Shown here piece after piece: positions 31,379 through 40,191 of a DNA stretch of 64,000 bases; the first letter of the stretch is position 1, and every line of letters starts with the position of its first letter. Below the pieces are notes generated by a model. That model saw nothing but the letters and a program-made list of their open reading frames with translations. It was not told the origin of the DNA and ran no database searches. Source of the DNA: Magnetococcales bacterium (lineage in GTDB: Bacteria > Pseudomonadota > Magnetococcia > Magnetococcales > UBA8363); the NCBI GenBank assembly GCA_002753515.1, contig PEAK01000009.1:19350-83349 (forward strand), read 5' to 3'. The translations under genes were made by a program, and so were the position numbers.

Positions 31379-32077
31379 CTATTTATTTTCCGTCCCACCC
31401 GCAACCGATGCGGGTTGCACCTTTTTAAATCCTTCCGGCACCTCAAAAAGGGCGGCTGCCTGGGGCTCGATGCGAATATTCTCCAAAGTGACTTCCAACC
31501 CATCGACATAAAGCTCACGGACAGCAATCCTCAAAAGCCTGTCCACCCACATCCGCCCATAAGGCTTGACCCCCCCCTGATCGGAACGCAAGGATATCTC
31601 CCAAAGACGCGTCTCCCGCCCTCCAACACTTTGAACCCCCATCTCACGACAAACAAACCGTCGATCCTTGCGACACGGACTTTCCGGCTCATCCGGAAGC
31701 GGAGGACGTGCAATGTCCAATCCTTCCGACTCCGTGTATTCCTTGGTTGTGGGAGACAGCATCCACATCCGTTTTTCCCGAGGACGGAAAATCATCCACA
31801 CCGACTGCCCCATCCTTTCCCCTTCGGTTCGCACCCCATCGCGACCGACATACATCCGTCCCCTGCTCGTTCCATTGTTATCCTTGGCACCCTTACGCAC
31901 CACATCAGCGGAAAATTCCTGAATCGGATCCACCATCGAACTTTTTTTATCCTCAGCACGCACCCATGACGCGCAGCATAAAAAGGCCAGAAGCAAAGCC
32001 CCCAGCCTGACCACATCCAACCGCAAACCAAACGGCAAAACGTTGTAAAAGAAGGCCATCACAACCTGCCATGGCAT
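31379..32077 (-). CDS. Exported beta-rich protein, DUF4412/LolA-like (start uncertain)
   Basis: Signal ending WVRA; EFSADVV..GRMYV..VRTE..WVD..ALFEVPEGFKK pattern typical of DUF4412/LolA-fold proteins. Confidence 0.55.
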   Translation of the reverse strand: MPWQVVMAFFYNVLPFGLRLDVVRLGALLLAFLCCASWVRAEDKKSSMVDPIQEFSADVVRKGAKDNNGTSRGRMYVGRDGVRTEGERMGQSVWMIFRPREKRMWMLSPTTKEYTESEGLDIARPPLPDEPESPCRKDRRFVCREMGVQSVGGRETRLWEISLRSDQGGVKPYGRMWVDRLLRIAVRELYVDGLEVTLENIRIEPQAAALFEVPEGFKKVQPASVAGGTENK

Positions 32078-32165
32078 GCATGAATTTCTGAAAGACCAGA
32101 CCTGACCCGGCCACTCCTGACGTCAATCATCCGCAACCCAACTCCCAATAAATCCGGTTTCACAC

Positions 32166-32675
32166 TCACCAATCAAAGGGATCTGGATAATAATAAGGAG
32201 GCCCCATTCTATTGCCCCACCACCCGGGATCCGCATACCTTTCCCCCAACCTGCGCCATCCCCAGCCGGAACTTCGAGACCAAGATCCCACACCGAGAGC
32301 ATCATAATTAAAATCGGGCCAACCAAAAGTGTAGGGCATCGATGGCCTCTGGTACATGCCCATGGTACCCCAGCGACCACCATCAACACGTTCCTCATCG
32401 CCACGTCCGGTTTGCTGCCGATCCGCATTCCCTTCAGCAAACTCCGCAGGCACTTCCCCCCACGGACGCCTCTTTTCAGCACCCCCGGACTTGGATTCAG
32501 GCAAAGTTGGCTCGGCACCTACCCCATGATCGCGACGAAACGTCCCTGTGCCGCCATCAGTCCCAGGACGCAGACGGTAATACTCGCTACCCCACGGCAG
32601 CTCACCCGCTTGACCTGTACCAATGGACATCCCAACCAACAACGCAGTCACTGCCACTCGAAGATATGTCGACAT
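32166..32675 (-). CDS. Secreted Gly/Trp/Arg/Pro-rich low-complexity protein
   Basis: Signal ending GQA; RRPWGEVP motif; aromatic C-terminus PYYYPDPFDW. Confidence 0.6.
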   Translation of the reverse strand: MSTYLRVAVTALLVGMSIGTGQAGELPWGSEYYRLRPGTDGGTGTFRRDHGVGAEPTLPESKSGGAEKRRPWGEVPAEFAEGNADRQQTGRGDEERVDGGRWGTMGMYQRPSMPYTFGWPDFNYDALGVGSWSRSSGWGWRRLGERYADPGWWGNRMGPPYYYPDPFDW

Positions 32676-32778
32676 GTCGTCCCAACCCACCGTCGACCCA
32701 AAACCAATGCCTTCATTGTTAAATCACATCCTTGAAGAAAACCGACAGCCCCGACAACTGACAAACATCATACCAAGT

Positions 32779-33711
32779 CTAACGCCACGGGCCACGATAG
32801 CCGCCACCATTGAGTGAAAAATCCTCCGGCCCCAGGTAAGGATCCGTGGGAAATCGGTTCCATCCATCCCGCTCATATCCAGAATCGTACGGGCGCATCC
32901 ACGTGTTTGGAGAAGAATTCCATCCTGATCCCCGACTATCGCGATTCACCGCATCATAGCGACTGCCCCAGGAAAATGCCGCACCACCTGTGCTGTTACC
33001 ACTTCTGGAGGCATCATACCCCCCGCGCCCGGAATAATCACCAGCCCACCCTCGATCCAAGGCCGGACCTTCGCCATAGCGGTTGGCATAAGGGGGGGCA
33101 TCTCGGTATCCGACGGATCCGGAATAATCACCCGGGTAACCCGCTCCGGGGTTCACCCGGTAGCCATTCTCCTGACCATAGCCCCCGAGACCATCACCCC
33201 GATTCCCGGCATTCAATCCATTCTGGCCAACCGGAGGGAGCCCTGGCCCGACCGGATACGCAGGACGACGCCCTTTGCGCAAATAGTAGGGGTCAATTTC
33301 ACGCCTGGGGTCCAAAGTATCCGGATCCACATCCTGCCCAGGTGGAGCAACAGGGGCCATCGCCTCACGCCCAGCATCGTACACCCCCATTTTCGGTGAC
33401 ACATAAGGCGCGTCAAACACCGGCACCCCGACAGCTCGATCACCGGAATACCGGCCTCCATCCGTACCCGAACGATCTCGAACACCCTCACCTTCATCGC
33501 GGAATCCGGGGGGAGGATCCCAATAACGACCATCCCGACCTTGCGATTCCAAGCCCCGACCCGGGGGCGGCGTCTCCAAACCTCGCGTCGGCAAATCCTT
33601 GGCTTGTCCTGTGCCCGGCTTGCTGTCCTCGCCAAACACCAATCCTGGAATCAAACTTAAAACACCCAGCAGCGAACATCCAATCTTTGCCAAACACGAT
33701 CGAGGCATCAT
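32779..33711 (-). CDS. Secreted Gly/Pro/Tyr/Arg/Asp-rich low-complexity protein, translationally coupled to the RND pump
   Basis: Signal ending LVFG. Its ATG overlaps the RND stop codon (ATGA at 33711-33708). Confidence 0.65.
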   Translation of the reverse strand: MMPRSCLAKIGCSLLGVLSLIPGLVFGEDSKPGTGQAKDLPTRGLETPPPGRGLESQGRDGRYWDPPPGFRDEGEGVRDRSGTDGGRYSGDRAVGVPVFDAPYVSPKMGVYDAGREAMAPVAPPGQDVDPDTLDPRREIDPYYLRKGRRPAYPVGPGLPPVGQNGLNAGNRGDGLGGYGQENGYRVNPGAGYPGDYSGSVGYRDAPPYANRYGEGPALDRGWAGDYSGRGGYDASRSGNSTGGAAFSWGSRYDAVNRDSRGSGWNSSPNTWMRPYDSGYERDGWNRFPTDPYLGPEDFSLNGGGYRGPWR

Positions 33712-36700
33712 AAGTCCCCGTTACCACCTTCATTAAAACTCTTTGGTTTCAAACGAATTCCCCTACGCCCGGCAGTTCCACCCTGACCCTTCTGACCTCG
33801 AACCGGGGCGGAAGTTCCAACACCGGTCACATGTCCCGACTCCGGTTGCACCTCCGCTTTGGGCAACTCTGCGTTCTCCTGAGTGCTGGACACAATCACG
33901 GGAGTCACTGGCACCTCTAAACCCGGCACTTCCTGACGCGAAGAAACCTCACCTTCCCCAGATGCAGCCAACGTTGCTTCACCCTTGTCAGTCTCAGTAA
34001 CACCCGCAACCGGTGAAACAACAATCTGGGGATCCACAACCGGAACGGACGCCGCTTCTTCCGAAGGGGTTGTCTTGCCTTTTTTCGCCGACCGGCCTTT
34101 ATTCGTGGAAGAACCTCCCAGTCGCAAATCTTCGTCCGATACGGTTTTGCTGGCCACCGTTTTACGCATCTCGTTCTTGACAGCCGTATAGTCCGATTTG
34201 TGTGCCCCGTGCAACTCCACCGGGGCAGCACCGGCATCCGGGTCACAAGCCACACCCCGCAACGGAATCTCGATACCCGATGCACCCATGGCCGCGAGTT
34301 CCGCAGGATCAGGATGCACAAAAGCTTTCTGTGCCGTCACACAACCCAGTGGAATAACCAACAACGTCAACAGCGTCGAGACCAGGGAGCCGAACAGCAA
34401 TGAAATCGCCATCCCCTGAAAGATAAAATCGCCCAGGATGACACTCGACCCGGCCACCAAAGCCAGAGCCGTAATCAGAATGGGACGCGTTCTGGCCTTG
34501 CACGACAGGATAACCGCATCCCGTACCGAGGCCCCCTTCAGAATCTCTTGCTGGGCAAAGTCGACCAGCAGGATGGAGTTGCGGACAATGATACCCGCCA
34601 GGGCGATGAAACCAATCATCGACGTTGCCGTAAACTTGGCATTCAGCAACATATGGCCGGGTATGATGCCCAGCAACGTCAGCGGAATCGGTGCCATGAT
34701 GATAGCCGGCAAAATAAAGTTGCCGAACTCCCAAACCACCAACATGTAGATCAGGATCAACGCCGCACCGAAAGCCATCCCCATGTCGCGGAAAGTCTCA
34801 TAGGTGACCGTCCATTCGCCGGTCCACTCAAAACCCGATTGGCTGTAATTTTCCGGCGGTCCGAGATAATTACCCGACATGTAGACCCCATCCGGCGTCT
34901 TGTAGGTTTTAAGCACCTTTTCCACATCCGACATGGCATAAATCGGCGCATCCAATCGTCCCGTCACCTCCCCGGTCACGAATTCCACCGGACGCAAATC
35001 CTTGTGGAAGATAACCGGATCCTGCATATCCTTGACAAAGCGACCCAACTCACCCAGCGGCACCGCCGTCCCTTCCGGAGTGGAGATGGGCAGATCACTC
35101 AAACTGGAAATTTTGGATCTGATTTCCAACGGCACCTGGATGACGATATAGGTGGGCTCCAGGATGCTCCCCCCCTTGACATCACCGAGCTGCGCACCAC
35201 CCATGGCCATGCCCAGATTACGGTTGATGGCATCCACGGAGATACCCCGGCGTACCGCCTTCTCGGTATCCACCTCGAAGCGCCAGAATTCAAAAGGTTT
35301 TTGGATATAATTGTCAGCATCGACAATGTTTGGGGTATTTTCAAAAATTTGTGTCAAATGCTCCGCCACCTGCCGGCGAATCGCCGCAGTCGGACCCGTC
35401 ACCTCCGCCACCACCGATTGCAAAACCGGTGGTCCAGGAGGCATCTCCACAACCTGGATGCGCGCCCCCACCCTCTTGGCATAGGGGGTCAAAATCTCGC
35501 GTGCCGCAACAGCCAAATCATGGCTGGTACGCTTGCGCAGCTTTTTATGCAGAAGCTGCACCTGAATATCCCCCTCCCACGAGTTGCGGCGCAAATAATA
35601 GTGCCGCACCATGCCATTGAAGTTGAATGGCGATGCCGAGCCAACATACGTTTGCATGGCCGTGATTTCAGGCACCTGTTCCCGCAACATTTCGGTCATA
35701 CGGTTGGCAACGTTGACCGTCCTGGGTAACGCCGTCCCCTCCGGCATATGCAGGACAACGTCAAACTCCGGTTTGTTGTCCAACGGCAGGATTTTCACCG
35801 TGACCGCCGTGGTATAAAACAACAGCATTGAGGCAAAAAATCCCGCCACCAACAAACCCAGAAAGGCAAAACCTTTAAACCGGCTATCCAGCAAACCAGG
35901 GATAACCCAACGAAAGAACCGTTCCAGACGTTCCGTGGAACGATGCTCCTTTTCCGAATGCATATGCAGCGAACGCATGCTGGGTTTGATCAATTGCGCC
36001 AGCCATGGGGTGAAAATAAATGCGGCGAACAAGGAAAACAGCATTGCCACCGAACCCAGGGCCGGAATCGGCAACATGTAGGGCCCCATCATACCCCGGA
36101 CAAATCCCATGGGCAGCAGGGCGGCAATCACGGTGAACGTTGCCAAAATGGTCGGGTTTCCCACCTCGCGCACAGCATCGATGGAAATCAAATGGCAACA
36201 CCTGTCTTCCAAGAGCCAGCGCCGGTAGATGTTTTCCACCACCACGATGGCATCGTCCACCAGAATACCAATAGAAAAAATAAGGGCGAACAAGGAGACA
36301 CGGTCAATCGTGTAGCCCATGATCAAGGCCGCGAAGACCGTCATCAAAATCACCACCGGGATCACCACCAATGTCACCACCGCCGGCTTGAATCCCAAGG
36401 AATACCAAACCAACAAGGTCACCGCGATGGTGGCAATGAACAGTTTAAACAACAACTCGTTCACCTTTTCGTTCGCCGTTTCCCCATAATTGCGCGTGAC
36501 CGATACATGGACATTCTTGGGGATCAAATGGCCCTTCAACTCCGCCACCTTCGCCAACACCCCATTGGCCACCGTGACACCATTGGAACCCTTTTTCTTG
36601 GCAATGGCCAATGTCACTGCCGGTACACCGTTGGCCGGAGGGGTGTCACCCTGATAAGCGGGACCCGTGGTATAGGTGACCACCTGGCGGGTCTCCTCAG

Positions 36701-37574
36701 GACCGGCGAATACCCTGGCCACATCCCGGACATAAATCGGCGAATTAAAACGCGTCCCGACCATCAAACGCGAAACATCCTGGGCCGTCTTGAGAAAGGA
36801 ACCCGTGTAAACCGTATAGCCCTGATCACCATTCTCCAGATGACCAATACCCTGCTCGCTATTGGCGGTCTTGATCGTCTGGGCGATCTGATCCAGACTG
36901 ATCCCATAACCCGATAACCGTTCCGGGAATACCTCGACCCGGATCTGCTCGGCGCGACCACCAACCACAAACCCCTGGCTGGTGTTCTCAACCTGTTTGA
37001 TTTGTTGCAACACGTCCAAGGTCAAAGCCCTGAGGGCGCTGTCGTTGATATCCTCCGACCACAGCGTCAACGTAACAATGGGGACATCGTCCACCGCCTT
37101 GGGCTTCACCAGGGGACGTTGCACCCCCGGGGGCACCTTGTCCATATTGGACTCGATCCGGTCGTACAGCTTGACCAGCGACTGCTCCATGTCCTGGCCC
37201 ACGTCATATTCCACCGTGATCATCGCCTGACCACGCATGGAGGAAGAATAAACATGCTTCACCCCGTGGATTTCGCTCATGATCCGTTCCAGGGGATCGG
37301 TAACCAGGGTCGCCACCTGTTCCGATGAGGCACCGGGATATTGCACAAAAATATCAACCATCGGCACCGAAATTTGCGGATCCTCCTGCCGAGGCGTCAA
37401 GAACAAACCCATGACCCCCATGGCCAGACACGCAAACAAAAACAACGGTGACAGGGGGGAATGGATAAAGGCTTTGGCCATCGTGCCGGCCACGCCAAGG
37501 TTGTGGTGAGGCCCTTCCATCTTTTCAGGTGGTGGGGGCAATTTGTTTCCGCTGGAATCGGAGGCTTTGATCAT
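33708..37574 (-). CDS. RND (AcrB/AcrD/AcrF family) permease with ~200-aa low-complexity C-terminal tail
   Basis: PRQEDPQISVP, GILVDDAIVVVENI, GIIVRNSILLVDF and RTRPILITA motifs; 12-TM layout. Confidence 0.93.
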   Translation of the reverse strand: MIKASDSSGNKLPPPPEKMEGPHHNLGVAGTMAKAFIHSPLSPLFLFACLAMGVMGLFLTPRQEDPQISVPMVDIFVQYPGASSEQVATLVTDPLERIMSEIHGVKHVYSSSMRGQAMITVEYDVGQDMEQSLVKLYDRIESNMDKVPPGVQRPLVKPKAVDDVPIVTLTLWSEDINDSALRALTLDVLQQIKQVENTSQGFVVGGRAEQIRVEVFPERLSGYGISLDQIAQTIKTANSEQGIGHLENGDQGYTVYTGSFLKTAQDVSRLMVGTRFNSPIYVRDVARVFAGPEETRQVVTYTTGPAYQGDTPPANGVPAVTLAIAKKKGSNGVTVANGVLAKVAELKGHLIPKNVHVSVTRNYGETANEKVNELLFKLFIATIAVTLLVWYSLGFKPAVVTLVVIPVVILMTVFAALIMGYTIDRVSLFALIFSIGILVDDAIVVVENIYRRWLLEDRCCHLISIDAVREVGNPTILATFTVIAALLPMGFVRGMMGPYMLPIPALGSVAMLFSLFAAFIFTPWLAQLIKPSMRSLHMHSEKEHRSTERLERFFRWVIPGLLDSRFKGFAFLGLLVAGFFASMLLFYTTAVTVKILPLDNKPEFDVVLHMPEGTALPRTVNVANRMTEMLREQVPEITAMQTYVGSASPFNFNGMVRHYYLRRNSWEGDIQVQLLHKKLRKRTSHDLAVAAREILTPYAKRVGARIQVVEMPPGPPVLQSVVAEVTGPTAAIRRQVAEHLTQIFENTPNIVDADNYIQKPFEFWRFEVDTEKAVRRGISVDAINRNLGMAMGGAQLGDVKGGSILEPTYIVIQVPLEIRSKISSLSDLPISTPEGTAVPLGELGRFVKDMQDPVIFHKDLRPVEFVTGEVTGRLDAPIYAMSDVEKVLKTYKTPDGVYMSGNYLGPPENYSQSGFEWTGEWTVTYETFRDMGMAFGAALILIYMLVVWEFGNFILPAIIMAPIPLTLLGIIPGHMLLNAKFTATSMIGFIALAGIIVRNSILLVDFAQQEILKGASVRDAVILSCKARTRPILITALALVAGSSVILGDFIFQGMAISLLFGSLVSTLLTLLVIPLGCVTAQKAFVHPDPAELAAMGASGIEIPLRGVACDPDAGAAPVELHGAHKSDYTAVKNEMRKTVASKTVSDEDLRLGGSSTNKGRSAKKGKTTPSEEAASVPVVDPQIVVSPVAGVTETDKGEATLAASGEGEVSSRQEVPGLEVPVTPVIVSSTQENAELPKAEVQPESGHVTGVGTSAPVRGQKGQGGTAGRRGIRLKPKSFNEGGNGDL

Positions 37575-37798
37575 GGTCCTTGTTACATCCGGAAATTAAG
37601 GGTGTATAAACACGAGTCCACAAACACGCCCCACTGCCACATCCTCAACTTGAGAGAACGGCCCTGGAGCCAAACACGATCACTTCCCTGGGGATATTCC
37701 GACCATCGACCCGACTTGGCAAGGTCTTCAATCACACCCCCCTACACGCAACTGGCAACACTCCCCCGATCAGATCGGTGGTTCAGCCAAACAAACCG

Positions 37799-39097
37799 CT
37801 AAAAAGCCTTGGACGGCTTTTCCACTTCCTTGCCATGGGTATCCCAACCACCAATCATGGCAGTCGGTGGCTCGGCATAAACCTTTTCCCCCACCTGCAA
37901 GCCGGACAAGACGCTGACCGATTCCTTCTCCACATGCCCCCCGAGGCGAACCATGCGTAACTCCGGTTCTTTCCCTTCATTCGCGATCAGGACAGCCGGT
38001 AAAGAGCCGCGCCAAATCACCGCTGTTTTGGGTATGATCGGCATGTTGCGCACCGGCGTGGTCACATCGGGTATCATCACCTCGGCATACATCCCCGGCC
38101 CCGCCAACGACCCCTTGGCCAGATCCAACTTGACCGTCACCGTATGCCGCTGCGGATCCGCCATGGGAAATACCTGCGCCACCTGCGCCTCCGCTTCGAT
38201 ACCCCCTACATCCAACTTGGCGGGCACCGTCATCCCTTTTTTGATTCCGGTCATGAGGCGTGCCGGAACCTCCACCTTGATTTGGAGACGCCGTGTATCC
38301 GCAAAGCTGATCAATGGCATTCCCGGCTGCACGGTGTCACCCACTTCGACACGTTTGGCCACAATCACCCCGGCAAACGGGGCAATGGACTTGGTATCCC
38401 GTAATTTGGCCTCAAGCTCCTGCAAGGCGGCCTGCGCCTGGGCAAGGGCATACCTGGCCTGATCAATCTGCGTCCCCTGGGCGTAAATCTGCGCCCTGCG
38501 CGTCAATTCAGGACTGTCCACCCCCAACATATCGGACATGGGACGGGTCATCACCCGGTCGAACATACGCGGCATGTCCATCCCCATATTGTCCGAAGCC
38601 ATGCTCGATCCCGAATAAACCTGACGGGTATACTGCACTCGGGCATTGCGCCAGTTGGAGGTCGCCGTTGCCAAGGCCGCCTCAGCCGATCGATGCTTGG
38701 CCAGGAGGTCGTCCTCATCCAAAGCAACCAGGATGACACCCTTCTTGAACCAATCCCCCTCGACGCCGGCTACATACTCAACCCGCCCGGGCATTTGCGC
38801 CGCAAAAGAGACTTCCCGGTATGGCACAACCGTTCCACCCAAGGTTGTCGTAGCGCCAATAGCTGCCTCCTCCACGGTGACGACCCGCAAACCAGGGGCC
38901 GCAGTCGCACCTGTTGCCACCGGAGCCGCACTGCCACCTGCAGCCCAAGAGACCTCCCGGTGGCTGACCCAGACCGCAAGCGCTATCGACAACGCTATCA
39001 ACGCGACAAATTGCCTCATGGAACCAACCACCTTAAAAGCCCAGGGCCCCACCATCAAGCGCACCTCACCTGAAAAAAACGGGTTGCGGTACGACAA
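37799..39097 (-). CDS. RND periplasmic adaptor (membrane fusion protein)
   Basis: AQMPGRV..EGD, coiled coil, IAPFAGVIV..VEVGDTVQPG, PGMYAEV and VLSGLQVGE. The start may be 39055 or 39019. Confidence 0.9.
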   Translation of the reverse strand: MSYRNPFFSGEVRLMVGPWAFKVVGSMRQFVALIALSIALAVWVSHREVSWAAGGSAAPVATGATAAPGLRVVTVEEAAIGATTTLGGTVVPYREVSFAAQMPGRVEYVAGVEGDWFKKGVILVALDEDDLLAKHRSAEAALATATSNWRNARVQYTRQVYSGSSMASDNMGMDMPRMFDRVMTRPMSDMLGVDSPELTRRAQIYAQGTQIDQARYALAQAQAALQELEAKLRDTKSIAPFAGVIVAKRVEVGDTVQPGMPLISFADTRRLQIKVEVPARLMTGIKKGMTVPAKLDVGGIEAEAQVAQVFPMADPQRHTVTVKLDLAKGSLAGPGMYAEVMIPDVTTPVRNMPIIPKTAVIWRGSLPAVLIANEGKEPELRMVRLGGHVEKESVSVLSGLQVGEKVYAEPPTAMIGGWDTHGKEVEKPSKAF

Positions 39098-39107
39098 AAT
39101 ACTGACT

Positions 39108-39503
39108 TCAGACGCGTCCCATCACCGAGAAGGATTTGATGAATGGTCCTGCCATGCGAGGATCTTTAATCATGGCACCGTAGTCACCCACATTAAATTT
39201 CAGCTTACGCGATGTATAGGCCATACCGAGCCCCATCATGCCGATCCCCTTGGAAATCCACTTCTCCCAATTGGCTTTGCTGGCGCGCAAATCCCAATTG
39301 ACCGGTTCCCCACCATAAGCACCGCTCTTAACGACCCTGCCCTTTTGCACTACGATCACTCCAATCGGTTTATCGTCACCTTCAAACCCGTAAGCGATGC
39401 TCGAATTGAAGTCGATCTCGGCCAAAGCGTCAGCCAACTCCTTTTCCTTGTTCCACTCTTCCTGAAACTTGTTCATCCATTCTGCGGAAAATAACTCAGC
39501 CAT
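39108..39503 (-). CDS. SCP2 sterol/lipid-carrier domain protein (cytoplasmic)
   Basis: LFSAEW..WN..DLRAS..W..GMAYTSRKLKF.VGD pattern of the SCP2 family. AAGGAG RBS; no signal peptide. Confidence 0.8.
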   Translation of the reverse strand: MAELFSAEWMNKFQEEWNKEKELADALAEIDFNSSIAYGFEGDDKPIGVIVVQKGRVVKSGAYGGEPVNWDLRASKANWEKWISKGIGMMGLGMAYTSRKLKFNVGDYGAMIKDPRMAGPFIKSFSVMGRV

Positions 39504-39728
39504 TTCAGCTCCTTTATTATGTTAAGAAAGGTTAGCGCATCGCCATCGGGGGAAGTCCCGTTGCCCGGGATCGCCATAGCACATCCCCCCGTGCAGAGTC
39601 CCATTTGCTCTTTGGTTTTGTTAATTTTTTCGCCAAGAGACCACTCTCCCGAAAAGCGCTTCACCATACCGCATCACAACCCGTTTGACAATCCCGATCT
39701 TCCCGCCCCGGAAAATTTCGGTAGTTCC

Positions 39729-39995
39729 TTACGTTAAACTGGCCGGCAATTCCCCTGGTTCCAACCGGTCCCACGCCACCAACACCAGCCGAGCGGCACG
39801 GTATTCACCGAATATTTTTATCTCATTGTTCTTGAAAATGCGGAAGGTTCCACTGGGATGGTCCGGCTTCATGACATCCGCAGGGTCAAGGATGTAGCAC
39901 AGTTCGTCACTGCTCACCTGCTCCTGAATCTCCACCCACACGAACAGCTCATCTTCGTAATGCCAGAAATCAGAGAAAAACGTATTCGTTTTCAA
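39729..39995 (-). CDS. Small hypothetical protein
   Basis: 88-aa ORF with a TTG start and protein-like composition, filling an intergenic gap. No recognisable motif. Confidence 0.35.
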   Translation of the reverse strand: MKTNTFFSDFWHYEDELFVWVEIQEQVSSDELCYILDPADVMKPDHPSGTFRIFKNNEIKIFGEYRAARLVLVAWDRLEPGELPASLT

Positions 39996-40191
39996 AGAAG
40001 TTCGAGGAGCATGAGGCTGTGAGTCGGTTGATGGTGTCCCATTACAACTTCTGTTGGCAGCCTCGAACCTTGCGGATCCCTATTGGGAACCGGCACTATC
40101 AGTGCCGTACTGCCATGGCCGTCAGGCTGACGGATCACTCCTGGCACCACAATTTTCTGTGATTATTAGCGTAAACGAACCCACCCCCCCC

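Noticed and set aside
29404-33711. Magnetosome (Mam/Mms) identity for the Gly-rich small proteins
   Set aside because: They lack the LG-repeat, acidic-tail Mms6-type pattern, magnetochrome motifs and mam neighbours. An Sgp-like layout fits better.
39995-40055. Possible frameshifted 5' extension of the small ORF at 39729-39995
   Set aside because: The upstream ATG is out of frame and no homology supports a pseudogene call.
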